Source: an uncultured delta proteobacterium (GTDB taxonomy: Bacteria; Desulfobacterota; Binatia; UBA9968). From it: a DNA stretch of 64,000 nucleotides. The first letter of the stretch is position 1. Each line of letters starts with the position of its first letter. The position numbers and the translations under genes were made by a program. Location: assembly GCA_963737905.1 (NCBI GenBank), contig CAVTUQ010000012.1, positions 140,303 to 204,302 of the forward strand, written 5' to 3'. Positions 19,602 to 29,963 of this stretch are shown in pieces. Under the pieces are notes generated by a model. The model was not told where the DNA came from and did not search any database. It saw nothing but the letters and a program-made list of their open reading frames with translations.

Positions 19602-21032
19602 CTACGCGTAAATTTGTCGTCTTAGGTATTGGCCGACCGAAGCATCGGTAACTTTGGCCCGGGGTTCGCCCTCTGGCCATTCCATGACGATATGGCCCCG
19701 AACCAGGGTCATGACCGGCCAACCGGTTACTTCCCAACCTTCATATACCGACCAGGGTGTTACGGTGTGGAGAAGATCTTTCGTGATCTTGGCCCGCCGT
19801 TTCAAATCGACGACGATCAAATCTGCGTCGGCTCCCGGGACGATCGCTCCCTTTTTTGGATAGAGACCGAAAATCCGCGCGGGATTTTCGCTCGCGACCT
19901 CCGCCAACCGTTCGATGGATATTCGTCCCTTGTTCACTCCCTCGCTCAACATCATCGGCAGCATTCCCTCGACGCGGGAAGGAAAGCCGCTGATTGTCGT
20001 CCAGACATTCCCGGTCTCCATCGACTCACGGGTTCTGGTGTGGGCGACATGGTCGCTGCCGATGCAGTCGATGGCGCCGGAAGCAAGCGCTTGCCAAAGC
20101 GTCTGATGCGTCGAGCGATCGCGCAGCGGCACGTTGATTTTCCAGGCGTCTTTGTGCAGCACGAGGTAGTGCGTGCCGATTTCGCTGTACACCGTCAAAC
20201 CTTCAGCCTTGGCCTTTTCAATTTCCGCGATAGTTTCCTTGGTCGTCACATGGACGATGTAAATCGGACAACCTGCAACTCGGGCATAGTAGAGATAGGT
20301 CCTGGCGTGTCCGGCTTCGGTGAATGCCGGCGAGCGATCATCCCACGCGCCCATGTCGGTACGGCCCGCATCCACCAGACGTTGCTGCAGGACGCGGGCA
20401 ATCTCCCAGTTCTCGCAGTGGAGCAGAGCAATCGCCGGTGTACCTAGCTTGGCTACGGATTCGAAAGTGGCGTAAATGCTGCCGTCGTCAAAGGCGTAGG
20501 CGGGCCACGAAGATTTCCAGGGTCCCTGCATCTGCAAATGCAATTTGAAAGACGTGATTCCATGCTCTCTCGCCAAGTACGGGATCTCTCCGACATGCTC
20601 GTCGGTGCCGAGGATGGGCGTCAGGAAAAAATCGATCGCCGCGCTGCGCGACGCCTCATAGTATAGCGGCATGGATTTGGTGAACGACGGAATATCCGCC
20701 GGGCCTTTGACCTTGTCTGCCCCGCCCGTAATCGCGAGACTCACGAGCTGCATGCCCCAGGTCGTCACTCCCGTGGCCGCCGCCGCTCTGGTCTCGGTTT
20801 GGAAATCATCGGCCAGCGGGCGATGGCTCCCTAGGTGGCATTCGGGGTCGATTGCGCCAGGAAGGAGATATTTGCCGGCGAGGTCGATCTGGCGATCCGC
20901 GGCGGGTAAAAAGCCGTCGCTTCCGACAGCCGCGATCTTACCGTCGAGGATCGCGACGCCGCCTTCGATCGTGCCGCCGGGCGTGACAATCAAGCCATTT
21001 CTAAAAACGAGGTCCGCCGCTTTGTTGGCCAT
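19602..21032 (-). CDS. Dihydroorotase/hydantoinase-like cyclic amidohydrolase
   Basis: LPGAIDPECH, SFKLH, HCEN, IVHVT, GSDH, NPARIFGLYPKKG, GADADL. Confidence 0.85.
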   Translation of the reverse strand: MANKAADLVFRNGLIVTPGGTIEGGVAILDGKIAAVGSDGFLPAADRQIDLAGKYLLPGAIDPECHLGSHRPLADDFQTETRAAAATGVTTWGMQLVSLAITGGADKVKGPADIPSFTKSMPLYYEASRSAAIDFFLTPILGTDEHVGEIPYLAREHGITSFKLHLQMQGPWKSSWPAYAFDDGSIYATFESVAKLGTPAIALLHCENWEIARVLQQRLVDAGRTDMGAWDDRSPAFTEAGHARTYLYYARVAGCPIYIVHVTTKETIAEIEKAKAEGLTVYSEIGTHYLVLHKDAWKINVPLRDRSTHQTLWQALASGAIDCIGSDHVAHTRTRESMETGNVWTTISGFPSRVEGMLPMMLSEGVNKGRISIERLAEVASENPARIFGLYPKKGAIVPGADADLIVVDLKRRAKITKDLLHTVTPWSVYEGWEVTGWPVMTLVRGHIVMEWPEGEPRAKVTDASVGQYLRRQIYA

Positions 21033-21046
21033 GAGTGAATCTACCC

Positions 21047-22036
21047 TTATTTTCTTGCCTCAGCCAAGTAACTGAGGTCGATCATGCTGTCTATCGGTGG
21101 AGGCATTTTCTGCAGGCCAAATTCCTTCCAATTCTCTGCCACTCTGCGCGCCCCCTGCATGTCCACACCGCCATCCCGCGGTATGGTTTTTTGGGTTTTC
21201 ATGTAAAGGGCGTAGGTTTTTTCCGCTTCTTCTTTGTCCGCCTTGGTACGTTCCGCCAGCGCGCGAACTGCTGCTTCTTTGTTTTTCGGTTCATAGAAGA
21301 ACTCGCAGGCTCTCACGTAGGCGCGCAGGAACCGGACCACTAAGGCGTGATTTTTCTTCGCCCAGTCGCGGCGAACGCCGGTGATCGTATACTGAAAGTT
21401 ATCCACGTAATCGGTCGAGAGTCCGAGAGAGCCGAAGCCCGACGCAAGGGCAATGAAATCCGAGGGCTGATTGATCAGTGCGCCTGCGACGCCCTCCTTT
21501 TGCACCGCCGCCAGGCGTTGCGGCGCGCCGCCAAGACCGATCATCTCATAATCATTGGGCGTGAGCCCGTTGGCAGCCAGCATGCGCGCGAGGATGTAAT
21601 TCAAGGGGTCCGTCGGACCCGTTACGGCCAGACGCTTCCCCTTCAAGTCGGCGTAGCTCTTAATCGACGGATGGACGATGAGAGTGTAGATGGGCACCGT
21701 GGAGTCTCCGCCAACGACGATGAGGTCAGCGCCTGCGGAGTTTGCCGCGAGCACGTTGACTAAATTCATCTGCGCAAATTCCGTGGAACCGGCAACGAGG
21801 GCCTGCGTGGTGGCGGTCGTATTACCACCGATCACCCTTTTGAAATCGATGCCCTCTTTTTGAAACAGCCCTTCCTGCTCGGCGATCAGAAATGGCCAGG
21901 TCGAAGCGGTGAGAACGATATTGCCGTAGTTGACCGGCGTGAGCTTGGGATTTTGTTGCGCTTGAGTTCGGGAGGCCGAGGTTAACAGCAGGAGCAGCGC
22001 AAACCCTAGGAAGTGGGCACGAGCAAAACGTATCAT
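21047..22036 (-). CDS. ABC transporter substrate-binding protein (NMT1/SsuA-like)
   Basis: GAGGAG RBS before MIRFARAH, signal peptide, DLKGKRLAV. Confidence 0.85.
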   Translation of the reverse strand: MIRFARAHFLGFALLLLLTSASRTQAQQNPKLTPVNYGNIVLTASTWPFLIAEQEGLFQKEGIDFKRVIGGNTTATTQALVAGSTEFAQMNLVNVLAANSAGADLIVVGGDSTVPIYTLIVHPSIKSYADLKGKRLAVTGPTDPLNYILARMLAANGLTPNDYEMIGLGGAPQRLAAVQKEGVAGALINQPSDFIALASGFGSLGLSTDYVDNFQYTITGVRRDWAKKNHALVVRFLRAYVRACEFFYEPKNKEAAVRALAERTKADKEEAEKTYALYMKTQKTIPRDGGVDMQGARRVAENWKEFGLQKMPPPIDSMIDLSYLAEARK

Positions 22037-22086
22037 TCGCCCTCCTCTGAGCGTCCGTTCATTTGCCTTAGCAAGTTTCCTGTCGT

Positions 22087-23079
22087 TCATTGCTTTAGCC
22101 CTTCCGCAAACCGTTCCTGTTTCAGCCGTTCAATGATCGAACCGTCGACAAACTCCTTCGGGTCGCGGCGCGGAGCGTCGGGATACTCCTTGCCGAAGTT
22201 TTCCAAAATCAGCCGAATGCCGTCGAGAGTAGGCGCGGGATAGTCGGGTATGAGGGACGAGACGAAGTCGAATTCGGTGGCGGCGAGCTTTGGGTCGGTG
22301 ATTTTCATGTACTTGCTAATGATGCGCTCGGCGTCGGTGCGGTTGCGCTTCATGTAGACAATCGATTCAATCGCGCATTTGAGATAGCGGGTAGCGACAT
22401 CCCGATGGCTGGCGAGCCAACCCTCATCGACAACCACCGAGGTCCAAGGGAAAGGAATTCCCATCTGCTGCGCAGTGGCCATTACGCGAAATCCCAAAGC
22501 GCGGGCCTGATCGGTAGCCGCGGCGCCGAGAAATGTATATTGAATTGTGCCGGCCTTGAGCGCCGCGACGCGGCTCGAATCGCCGCCCATCTGCAGCATC
22601 TTCAAGTCTTTGTCGACATTCAAGCCGTTCTTCCGAAACAGATAGCGAAAGCCTTGGTCGGTGGACGAGCCGAAGCGCGAGATGCCAGCGAATTTTCCAG
22701 CGAGCTCCGGGATGCTTTTTATATCGGGGTTTGTAATGAGGTTCGAGGCTAACCAGGGCAGGGGATTTCCGAGGATCAAGAGTTTGACGCCCCTAAGCCG
22801 AGCCTCGATCGAAACCGGACCGCCGCCGGCCACCTGAACGCTGCCGCCGACCAGCGCGGCAATGTTCATGGAGCCACTGTTGATATAAAGCAGCTCGCCT
22901 TCCAGTCCGTGTTTGGCAAAGAATCCCTTCTCCTGCGCTACCCAAAGAAACGCCTGGGTTGCATTCACCGCGGAGTAGGAAATGCGCAAACGATCGGCCG
23001 CCGAAGTCTTCGTCGCTACGTTCAATGCAAGGCAAATAGCAACAGCAAAGGTCCCGATTCGACAAATACTGGTATGCAT
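22087..23079 (-). CDS. ABC transporter substrate-binding protein (NMT1/SsuA-like)
   Basis: Signal peptide, WVAQEKGFFAKHGL, GISRFGSSTD. Confidence 0.85.
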   Translation of the reverse strand: MHTSICRIGTFAVAICLALNVATKTSAADRLRISYSAVNATQAFLWVAQEKGFFAKHGLEGELLYINSGSMNIAALVGGSVQVAGGGPVSIEARLRGVKLLILGNPLPWLASNLITNPDIKSIPELAGKFAGISRFGSSTDQGFRYLFRKNGLNVDKDLKMLQMGGDSSRVAALKAGTIQYTFLGAAATDQARALGFRVMATAQQMGIPFPWTSVVVDEGWLASHRDVATRYLKCAIESIVYMKRNRTDAERIISKYMKITDPKLAATEFDFVSSLIPDYPAPTLDGIRLILENFGKEYPDAPRRDPKEFVDGSIIERLKQERFAEGLKQ

Positions 23080-23175
23080 ATTAACCGCCTGGATATAGCA
23101 GACCCGGTCTGTCGTCAAGGGTTTGTATTGCGAGTCGGTGCTGTTTTATAAGTCGACTATGGGAGGACGATCGCC

Positions 23176-23586
23176 ATGGCCAATCGCTGGTTATTCAAGA
23201 CGGAGCCGTCCGTTTATTCGTTTCAACAACTACAAAAAGACAAGAAGACGATGTGGGATGGAGTGAAAAATAATCTCGCCCTAAAGAATCTCAAAGACAT
23301 CAAGAAGGGCGATGAGATTCTCATCTATCATACCGGCGATGAAAAGGCGGCAGTGGGGATTGCGCGCGCTTTGGGTGGTGCCTATCCGGACCCGAGCCAG
23401 AAAAATCCGCGGATGTTGGTCGTCGACATCGAAGCAGTGAAGTCGTTGCCTAGGCCGGTGACCCTGGCGGAAGTGAAAGCCAACAAAAAACTAGCAAATT
23501 TTGATCTGGTCCGATTATCGCGTCTTTCAATTATGAAGGTTAGCGACGAGCAATGGGACACGATGGAACGGATGGCGAAGCAGTGA
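23176..23586 (+). CDS. EVE domain-containing protein
   Basis: WLFKTEP, WDGVKN, YHT, RLSI; GGGAGG RBS. Confidence 0.92.
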   Translation: MANRWLFKTEPSVYSFQQLQKDKKTMWDGVKNNLALKNLKDIKKGDEILIYHTGDEKAAVGIARALGGAYPDPSQKNPRMLVVDIEAVKSLPRPVTLAEVKANKKLANFDLVRLSRLSIMKVSDEQWDTMERMAKQ

Positions 23587-23610
23587 GCTAAGGAAAATAA
23601 TAGCGGGTAT

Positions 23611-24819
23611 CTAAGCACTCTTCGTGCCCTTTTCAGGCTCCTGCTGGAACATTATATCGGCGTCTTGAGGCAAGACCCATTTTTTGAGGGGCCGTCCCTC
23701 GGCCAGAGCACGCAGCTCCCTTTCCCAGATCTTGCGGAAAAGAATAATGCCGATGTCGGAGCGGCCAAGATGTTCCTGCGCGCGATCTGCTACTGCACCC
23801 TGCCCAACTTGCGCCACATAGTCCTGCGAATGCACCAGGGAGATCTTGTCCTTGAAGAAGCTATCCAGGTCCTGAAAACGTAACTTACCCGAGAGCACTG
23901 CCTCGCCCATTTGCGCGACGGAAATTTTTGGCTCTGCAATCGAAGCGGCATGGCGGGCTCGGTATGTTTCCGCCGCTTGGCCGGTCAAAGGTAGTCGGCG
24001 CAGACGAAACTCTAAGGAGTGCTCATCGTCGAGGGGAACATCCCATTGCATACGGTCTTCCCATGGACACTCCGGTTCGGGGGATGGATTTCGAAAGGCG
24101 TAGGTGTTGGGCATGAAAAATTGAAAGACGTTCCTCCAGCCGGCGCTAAAGCTGGCGTAGGACGTCGTACCCCATGGGCTTTCTTCCTTGGAAATCTCAG
24201 GCAGACCGCTGCGGTTGTTGGCGGCGGAAGCCGAATAGGCGTCGCGGTGCACGAAGGGCACGTGATACGTGTCGCCGTTATTGTCGATACGCTGAAAAAA
24301 ATTGCAGGGCCACACTTCGGTTGACAGAACTTCGAATACCCCTTCCTCCTCCATATGCGTATAGCGCGGAAAGGCGGGCGCGTGACCCTCCCCAAAGTAA
24401 GTGAAGATTAAGCCAAGATACTCCCGAGTCGGACAGTTCCTTATGCGAACCTTACTTGCGAAAGATTTCTCCTCCGCCGGTTGCTCTGTGCATTGACCCG
24501 AGCCGTCAAATAGCCAACCGTGATAGACGCAGCGGATGCAGTCGCCTTCGACCCAGCCGGCGGAAAGCTGCGTGCCGCGATGCGGGCAGCGAAAGCCGAC
24601 GACATGGGGTGTTCCGCTCTCGCCACGATACAGCGTAAATCGTTCGCTCATGATCTCGATAGGTTTGGCCTCGCCGGGACGGAGCTCTTCGGCGTGATAT
24701 ATGGGATGCCAAAACCTGCGCATGAACCTCCCGGCAAGAGTCCCAGGCCGGGTGGAGACGAGATCTTCGTAGCGAAGTTTTTTACGGCTACCGTTACTCT
24801 TACGTTTGGCCGGTGTCAC
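23611..24819 (-). CDS. Rieske [2Fe-2S] oxygenase alpha subunit (phthalate dioxygenase/LigXa-like)
   Basis: CPHRG...CVYHGW Rieske motif; DNNGDTYHVPFVH and QD mononuclear iron ligands. Confidence 0.9.
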   Translation of the reverse strand: MTPAKRKSNGSRKKLRYEDLVSTRPGTLAGRFMRRFWHPIYHAEELRPGEAKPIEIMSERFTLYRGESGTPHVVGFRCPHRGTQLSAGWVEGDCIRCVYHGWLFDGSGQCTEQPAEEKSFASKVRIRNCPTREYLGLIFTYFGEGHAPAFPRYTHMEEEGVFEVLSTEVWPCNFFQRIDNNGDTYHVPFVHRDAYSASAANNRSGLPEISKEESPWGTTSYASFSAGWRNVFQFFMPNTYAFRNPSPEPECPWEDRMQWDVPLDDEHSLEFRLRRLPLTGQAAETYRARHAASIAEPKISVAQMGEAVLSGKLRFQDLDSFFKDKISLVHSQDYVAQVGQGAVADRAQEHLGRSDIGIILFRKIWERELRALAEGRPLKKWVLPQDADIMFQQEPEKGTKSA

Positions 24820-24983
24820 AGAATTTTCTCCCGCGTTCTTTTAAAAGAGCCCGTCACTCATTTTATCGCGAAGATGAGTCGGCAAATCAACGGCTTGTCC
24901 GCCATCACAACAGAACCTCTTGTCTGAGTTTGCATTTGGTCCGGTCGGGGAACTATAGATGCGGTTGCTATATATAACATCCA

Positions 24984-25748
24984 ATGAAACTTTACGACAA
25001 GGTCGCTCTGGTCACGGGGTCGGCAAGAGGCCTGGGGTGGGAGATGATACAGGCATTTGCGCAAGAAGGAGCGAAGGTCGCGATCTGCGATCTCTTGCAA
25101 TCGGATGTGGACGCAGCCGCTGCGAGACTGGGATTGTCGCCCAATGAAGTCCTGGCTCTCGAAGCGGATGTGACTTCGGAACGGGATGTTAATGATCTTT
25201 TGAGCCGGACGCTGAAGAAATTCAAGCGCCTGGATATTTTGGTAAACAACGCCGGCTTCGCCTGGCCGCGCGGCGGACCGGTTAATCTCGAGCTTGCTGA
25301 GACGCCGTTGGAAATATGGCTCAAGATTCTCGATACCAATCTTACCGGAACGTTCTTGTGCAGTCGGGAAGCTCTCAAAATCATGCGGCCCCAGAGAGGC
25401 GGGTCGATCATCAATATTTCTTCGCCCCAGGGAAAAAAGGGGAAACTTCTCAGAGGTCCTTACTCTGCGGCCAAGTTCGGCGTCGAGGGATTGACGCAGG
25501 TGCTGGCGCTGGAGAATGCCGCCCACAACATCAAAGTGAATTGTCTCGATCCCGGAGGGATCGTCGCCACGGAGGCGATAAGAAACATTCCCGGCAATCG
25601 CGGTATGAAAATGCTTAGCCCGGAAATCGTCCGGCCTTGCGCCGTTTATCTGGCTTCGGATGAGTCAAGCGGAATAACGGGTCGCTCCCTTGTCGCGACT
25701 GACTGGAATAAGGAGCGCGGCCTTGAAGTTCCCTATACCGTGGCTTAA
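24984..25748 (+). CDS. Short-chain dehydrogenase/reductase
   Basis: TGSARGLG, NNAG, YSAAK. Confidence 0.92.
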   Translation: MKLYDKVALVTGSARGLGWEMIQAFAQEGAKVAICDLLQSDVDAAAARLGLSPNEVLALEADVTSERDVNDLLSRTLKKFKRLDILVNNAGFAWPRGGPVNLELAETPLEIWLKILDTNLTGTFLCSREALKIMRPQRGGSIINISSPQGKKGKLLRGPYSAAKFGVEGLTQVLALENAAHNIKVNCLDPGGIVATEAIRNIPGNRGMKMLSPEIVRPCAVYLASDESSGITGRSLVATDWNKERGLEVPYTVA

Positions 25749-25770
25749 CGGTGCCTATCGGGAGAAGTTT

Positions 25771-26757
25771 GTGCGACAAAAATCGGGACTGAAAATCTTT
25801 GCCTGTCTTCTATCCATCGTTGGCCTTTTTGCCGGCGCGGAAGCGAGAACCGTCCGCATAGCGGTGCCGACCCTCAGCATGGTCGTGATTGCCTTCACGG
25901 CTGCCAAAGAGAAAGCTTATTACCGGGACGAGGGTTTGGATGTGGACCTGGTCGTGATGAGGGACACGCTGGGCATATCGGCATTGATTGGTGGGAATGT
26001 GGATTTTGCTTCCATGAGCGGCGCTGGGCTGACCGCAATTCTCGGCGGTGTGCCCCTTCGTTTCGCCTTCAGCAGTTTTTATCGCCCGATGTTTTGGATC
26101 TACGCCAAGCCGGAGATTCAGGATATCAAGACGCTCAAGGGAAAAAGGATTGGTGTGACGGGTCTTGGCAGTGGCCCGGATAATCTCCTGCGCGAGACGC
26201 TCAAGAGAAATGGTATCGAAGGAGGCCGTGATGCCGTCATCCTGGCCCTGGGCTTGCCATCAACTGTCGCCACAGCGCTACGCACCGGAACCGTAGATGC
26301 GGGAATGATTAGCCCGCCTTTTAACTTTATGGTGAAAGATGCGGGCTTTCGTGAGCTGGTCTCCTTCCTAAAGGAAGATTTTGTCGAGCTGCAGGGGAGC
26401 ATTCTTGCGCATGAAAGACTCTTGCAATCTGATCCTGTCTTGGCCGAGAAATTTGTTCGGGCGACATTGAAAGGGTTGCGCTATGCCCGAGAAAACAAAG
26501 CGGGCACGATTCCGATTTTACTCCGCACCATGAAAATCAAAGAAGATCTCGCCGGGCAATACTACGATCAGGTGCGCACAATCATGACCACGGACGGCAG
26601 CGTGAACGCAGACATGCAGAAAAAATACCTCGACCAAGCGCTCAAAGTCCTGGCGCCCAAGGAGTCGCCGTCCGCGGAGAAGATTTTTAATAACTATTCC
26701 TTGGCGCGCAAGATCAATGCCGAGCTAGATTCCGCGGGGTGGAAGCCGGGAAGGTAA
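25771..26757 (+). CDS. ABC transporter substrate-binding protein (NMT1/SsuA-like)
   Basis: GGAG then GTG at 25771, signal peptide, LKGKRIGVTGLGS. Confidence 0.85.
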   Translation: MRQKSGLKIFACLLSIVGLFAGAEARTVRIAVPTLSMVVIAFTAAKEKAYYRDEGLDVDLVVMRDTLGISALIGGNVDFASMSGAGLTAILGGVPLRFAFSSFYRPMFWIYAKPEIQDIKTLKGKRIGVTGLGSGPDNLLRETLKRNGIEGGRDAVILALGLPSTVATALRTGTVDAGMISPPFNFMVKDAGFRELVSFLKEDFVELQGSILAHERLLQSDPVLAEKFVRATLKGLRYARENKAGTIPILLRTMKIKEDLAGQYYDQVRTIMTTDGSVNADMQKKYLDQALKVLAPKESPSAEKIFNNYSLARKINAELDSAGWKPGR

Positions 26758-26922
26758 GGGACCTTCGACATCCGATCGATGTAGTTGCCCCGGTTTCGCG
26801 AACCGGTTAGCGCCTGGGTCTCAAGCGGATTCTTGGGGGGCAATGGGATGCTCCGCGGCGGGTGAGTTTCCTTCGGCATGACTCGTTTCGAAAATTGATC
26901 GGCGACACGCGAGGCATACACA

Positions 26923-28407
26923 ATGAACTCAAAAAATAGCCGGGCGGAAATGGAGCCGGTGGCAGCGGTAGGGGCAATTTGCCCAGTCTTCGCATCATTC
27001 GGCCTGACGATGGTCCGGAAGTTGAAATACGGGCTATATCGATCGTTGGTATTGGCGGCACTTCTAGTCGGGCTTTGCCAAGCGAGCCAGGCGCAAGAAG
27101 CGCTGAGTGCGGCACCTTCCACTACTTCTACGGGCGGCGCGGTCACCCTCTTTCAGGACGTCCGCATCTTCGACGGTAAGAGGGCGGCGCTCTCGGCTCC
27201 CTCCAATGTCCTGGTTAGAGGCAACACCATTGAGCGCATATCTGTGAACCCGATCACCGTCGACACGAATGCTAATGTCCGCGTCATCGCGGCAAACGGG
27301 CGCGTGCTGATGCCAGGCCTCATTGACGCGCATTGGCATGCGTTCATGGCGGCGACACCTCAGCCGCTCCTCATGACCGCTGACCCCTCCTACCTTCATC
27401 ACTTGGCCGCGCGACAGGCTGAGGCGACGCTGATGAGGGGTTTCACAACCGTGCGCGACCTGGGTGGTCCGGTGTTCGGGCTCAAGCGCGCCATTGACGA
27501 AGGCGTCATGATCGGTCCGCGCATCTATCCCTCGGGCGCTTTCATCTCGCAAACCTCGGGACACGGAGACTTTCGGTTCTCCTTCGAGGTTCCGCGGACG
27601 CTTGGCGGTCCGCTAAGCCACTCCGAGGTCGAGGGCGTCGCAGCCATTGCCGACAGCCCCGACGAGGTCCGGCTGCGAGCGAGGGAGCAGTTGAGAGGGG
27701 GCGCGAGTCAGATCAAGCTAATGGCCGGCGGCGGCGTTGCCTCCCCCTACAATCCGATCGAATCGACCCAGTACACCGAAGCGGAGATTCGTGCCGCGGT
27801 TGAGGCAGCCGAAAATTGGGGTACCTATGTGACCGTCCACGCGTATACGCCGCGTGCGATCCGGCAAGCTGTTGCCGCCGGCGTCAAGTGCATCGAACAC
27901 GGTCAGTTAATCGACGAGCCCACCGCCAAGTTGCTGGCGGATAAAGGCATCTGGTGGAGCTTGCAGCCTTTTCTGGATGATGAAGACGCCTCTCCGCTAG
28001 TGAACCCGGTGTCCCAGAAGAAGGCACTGGAGGTGTTCGCCGGAACGGACAACGCCTACAAGTTAGCGAAGAAGTACAAGGTCAAGACGGCTTTCGGAAC
28101 CGACGCTCTGTTCGATGCAAGGGTTGCCAGCCGGCAGGGAGCGCAGCTCGCCAAGCTGGTCCGCTGGTACACGCCTGCCGAAGCGCTCAAGATGGCCACC
28201 GCAGACAATGGCGAGTTGATGGCCCTCTCCGGGTTCATCAATCCCTATCCCGGCAAGCTTGGCGTCGTGGAAGAGGGCGCGCTCGCTGATTTGCTGCTAG
28301 TCGATGGCAATCCATTAGAAAATATCAAGCTCATCGAAGACCCTAACAAGAACTTTCCGGTGATTATGAAGGATGGCAGGATCTACAAAAATGCACTGCG
28401 CAAATGA
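26923..28407 (+). CDS. Secreted metal-dependent amidohydrolase (Xaa-Pro dipeptidase-like subgroup)
   Basis: MPGLIDAHWH, GFTTVRDLGG, QIKLMAGGG, VHAY, IEHG, FGTD; alternative start at 27010. Confidence 0.9.
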   Translation: MNSKNSRAEMEPVAAVGAICPVFASFGLTMVRKLKYGLYRSLVLAALLVGLCQASQAQEALSAAPSTTSTGGAVTLFQDVRIFDGKRAALSAPSNVLVRGNTIERISVNPITVDTNANVRVIAANGRVLMPGLIDAHWHAFMAATPQPLLMTADPSYLHHLAARQAEATLMRGFTTVRDLGGPVFGLKRAIDEGVMIGPRIYPSGAFISQTSGHGDFRFSFEVPRTLGGPLSHSEVEGVAAIADSPDEVRLRAREQLRGGASQIKLMAGGGVASPYNPIESTQYTEAEIRAAVEAAENWGTYVTVHAYTPRAIRQAVAAGVKCIEHGQLIDEPTAKLLADKGIWWSLQPFLDDEDASPLVNPVSQKKALEVFAGTDNAYKLAKKYKVKTAFGTDALFDARVASRQGAQLAKLVRWYTPAEALKMATADNGELMALSGFINPYPGKLGVVEEGALADLLLVDGNPLENIKLIEDPNKNFPVIMKDGRIYKNALRK

Positions 28408-28740
28408 GGCCTTGTCCACAGGTGACTCGATTCCGACAAACAGATGCGTACAGAACTCACACGTTAATCCTCCAATTGAATTGATTCTCCTTTCGCTGAA
28501 TTCCGCCAACGAATTTTTCAGTTCTCACCGCTGTCTCGCGTCCGCGTCCCAGTGTGTAGATACGCCATGGCTCTCCAAGAAAACTGATGATGGATTAATC
28601 TTGAAGGAAACTGGCCTTATGGGATAACTTGGTGAGGTAGACGATTATAGACTCGCTGGAATGTGGAGCCTTTGCTGCGCCATCTAGAACTTGGATTAGC
28701 GATAAGAAATTGAATTGTTGATTGAAGGGATAATAAAGCC

Positions 28741-29720
28741 ATGAGCGAAGAACATAAACACGACCATAAGCATGATCACAAAGAGGGCGATCACGACGAT
28801 GGGCATGATCATGAACACAGCCACGGGCATGCTCATGATCACGGAGCACGGCCGACGATCACGAACATGGACACGATCATGAGCACGCGCACGATCACGA
28901 ACACGCTCATGACCTCGGGCATGGCCATGGGCACAAAACTCGTTTCCATGATCCGCAACACGCGGCAGAGTTCGATCGTCGAATCTCGGGGATCCGCAGC
29001 GATCTCGCCGAGAAACTGGCTGAAATGCTCGTTTTGCAAGGAAATGAACAGATTCTCGACGTGGCAACGGGCACCGGTCGAGTAGCTCGGCCGGTGGCGA
29101 AGCGCCTCAAGGGCGGCAGGGTCATCGGTGTTGATCAGGCGCTTGCCATGCTCGACGTCGGACACCAACACGCAGATCCGATTCCTGCGTATTGTCAGAG
29201 CGCTGGAGAGGCGGATGCGCTGCCTTTTAAGTCTAACACTTTCGATCGCGCCTTTGTGTCTTTTAGCCTGCATCACTTTCGTAATTCCGAACGGGTGGTG
29301 AAGGAAGTGCTTCGCGTGTTGAAAAATGGCGGTCGATTCGTCGTTCTCGATCCTGTGGTCGAGGATGCCAAGGACTCCGTAGACATTGCGCTTGAGGCGA
29401 AGATCAATAAGGTGTTCCGGCGCACGCATGGCGACGATTTCCGTTTTCACACCGCGAGCACTATTCAACGTTTGCTGACCAAGGCGGGATATCGCATCCC
29501 GCGGACCAACGTTCTGTCTTATTCGTTCAATCAGGAAGGCATGGACGGTATTCCCACCGGCCAGCACTGGCTGGAGGCCGCTGAGGAGTTGGAAACCGAG
29601 GCACCAGAACTGGCGGCTCGGTTGAAGAAGAATTACTTCACGTGGCACCGGCACGGCGACCATGTGCACGTCAAAGGCAGCTTTTCTTATGCCCTGATCT
29701 GCGGGGTGAAGCCGGATTAG
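28741..29720 (+). CDS. Class I SAM methyltransferase with long His-rich N-terminus (frameshift near 28850)
   Basis: MSEEHKHDHKHDHK... continues after a shift as DDHEHGHDHEHAHDHEHAHDLGHGHGHKTRFHDP...LDVATGTG, LPFKSNTFD, LHHF, RVLKNGG. Confidence 0.8.
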
Positions 29721-29727
29721 ATTCGTG

Positions 29728-29760
29728 GTTTCGGGTGTCGGGTTTCAGGTTTCGGGTTTG
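29728..29760. repeat. Heptamer tandem repeat (GGTTTCG)n
   Basis: gtttcgg-gtgtcgg-gtttcag-gtttcgg-gtttg; same unit at 48214-48244. Confidence 0.75.
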
Positions 29761-29801
29761 TAGGTCTTCAGGCTTTCCTGTGAAGCAGAATTTGGAGATT
29801 G

Positions 29802-29886
29802 CACCGCGGAGGCGCGGAGGACGCTGAGTAAAAAGTGCTTGATGAAAAAAATTCTCTATCTCTGCGAACTCGGTGCCTCTGTGGTG
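29802..29886. repeat. REP-like imperfect palindrome
   Basis: caccgcggaggcgcggaggacgctgag ... ctctgcgaactcggtgcctctgtggtg are imperfect inverted arms around an A/T-rich spacer. Confidence 0.75.
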
Positions 29887-29963
29887 AATCCTTCTTCACA
29901 GAAGGCCCGAAATAACCATTTCCAGACCTAGGGACGGGTCGAATCCGAAAGGAGTGATGTATT

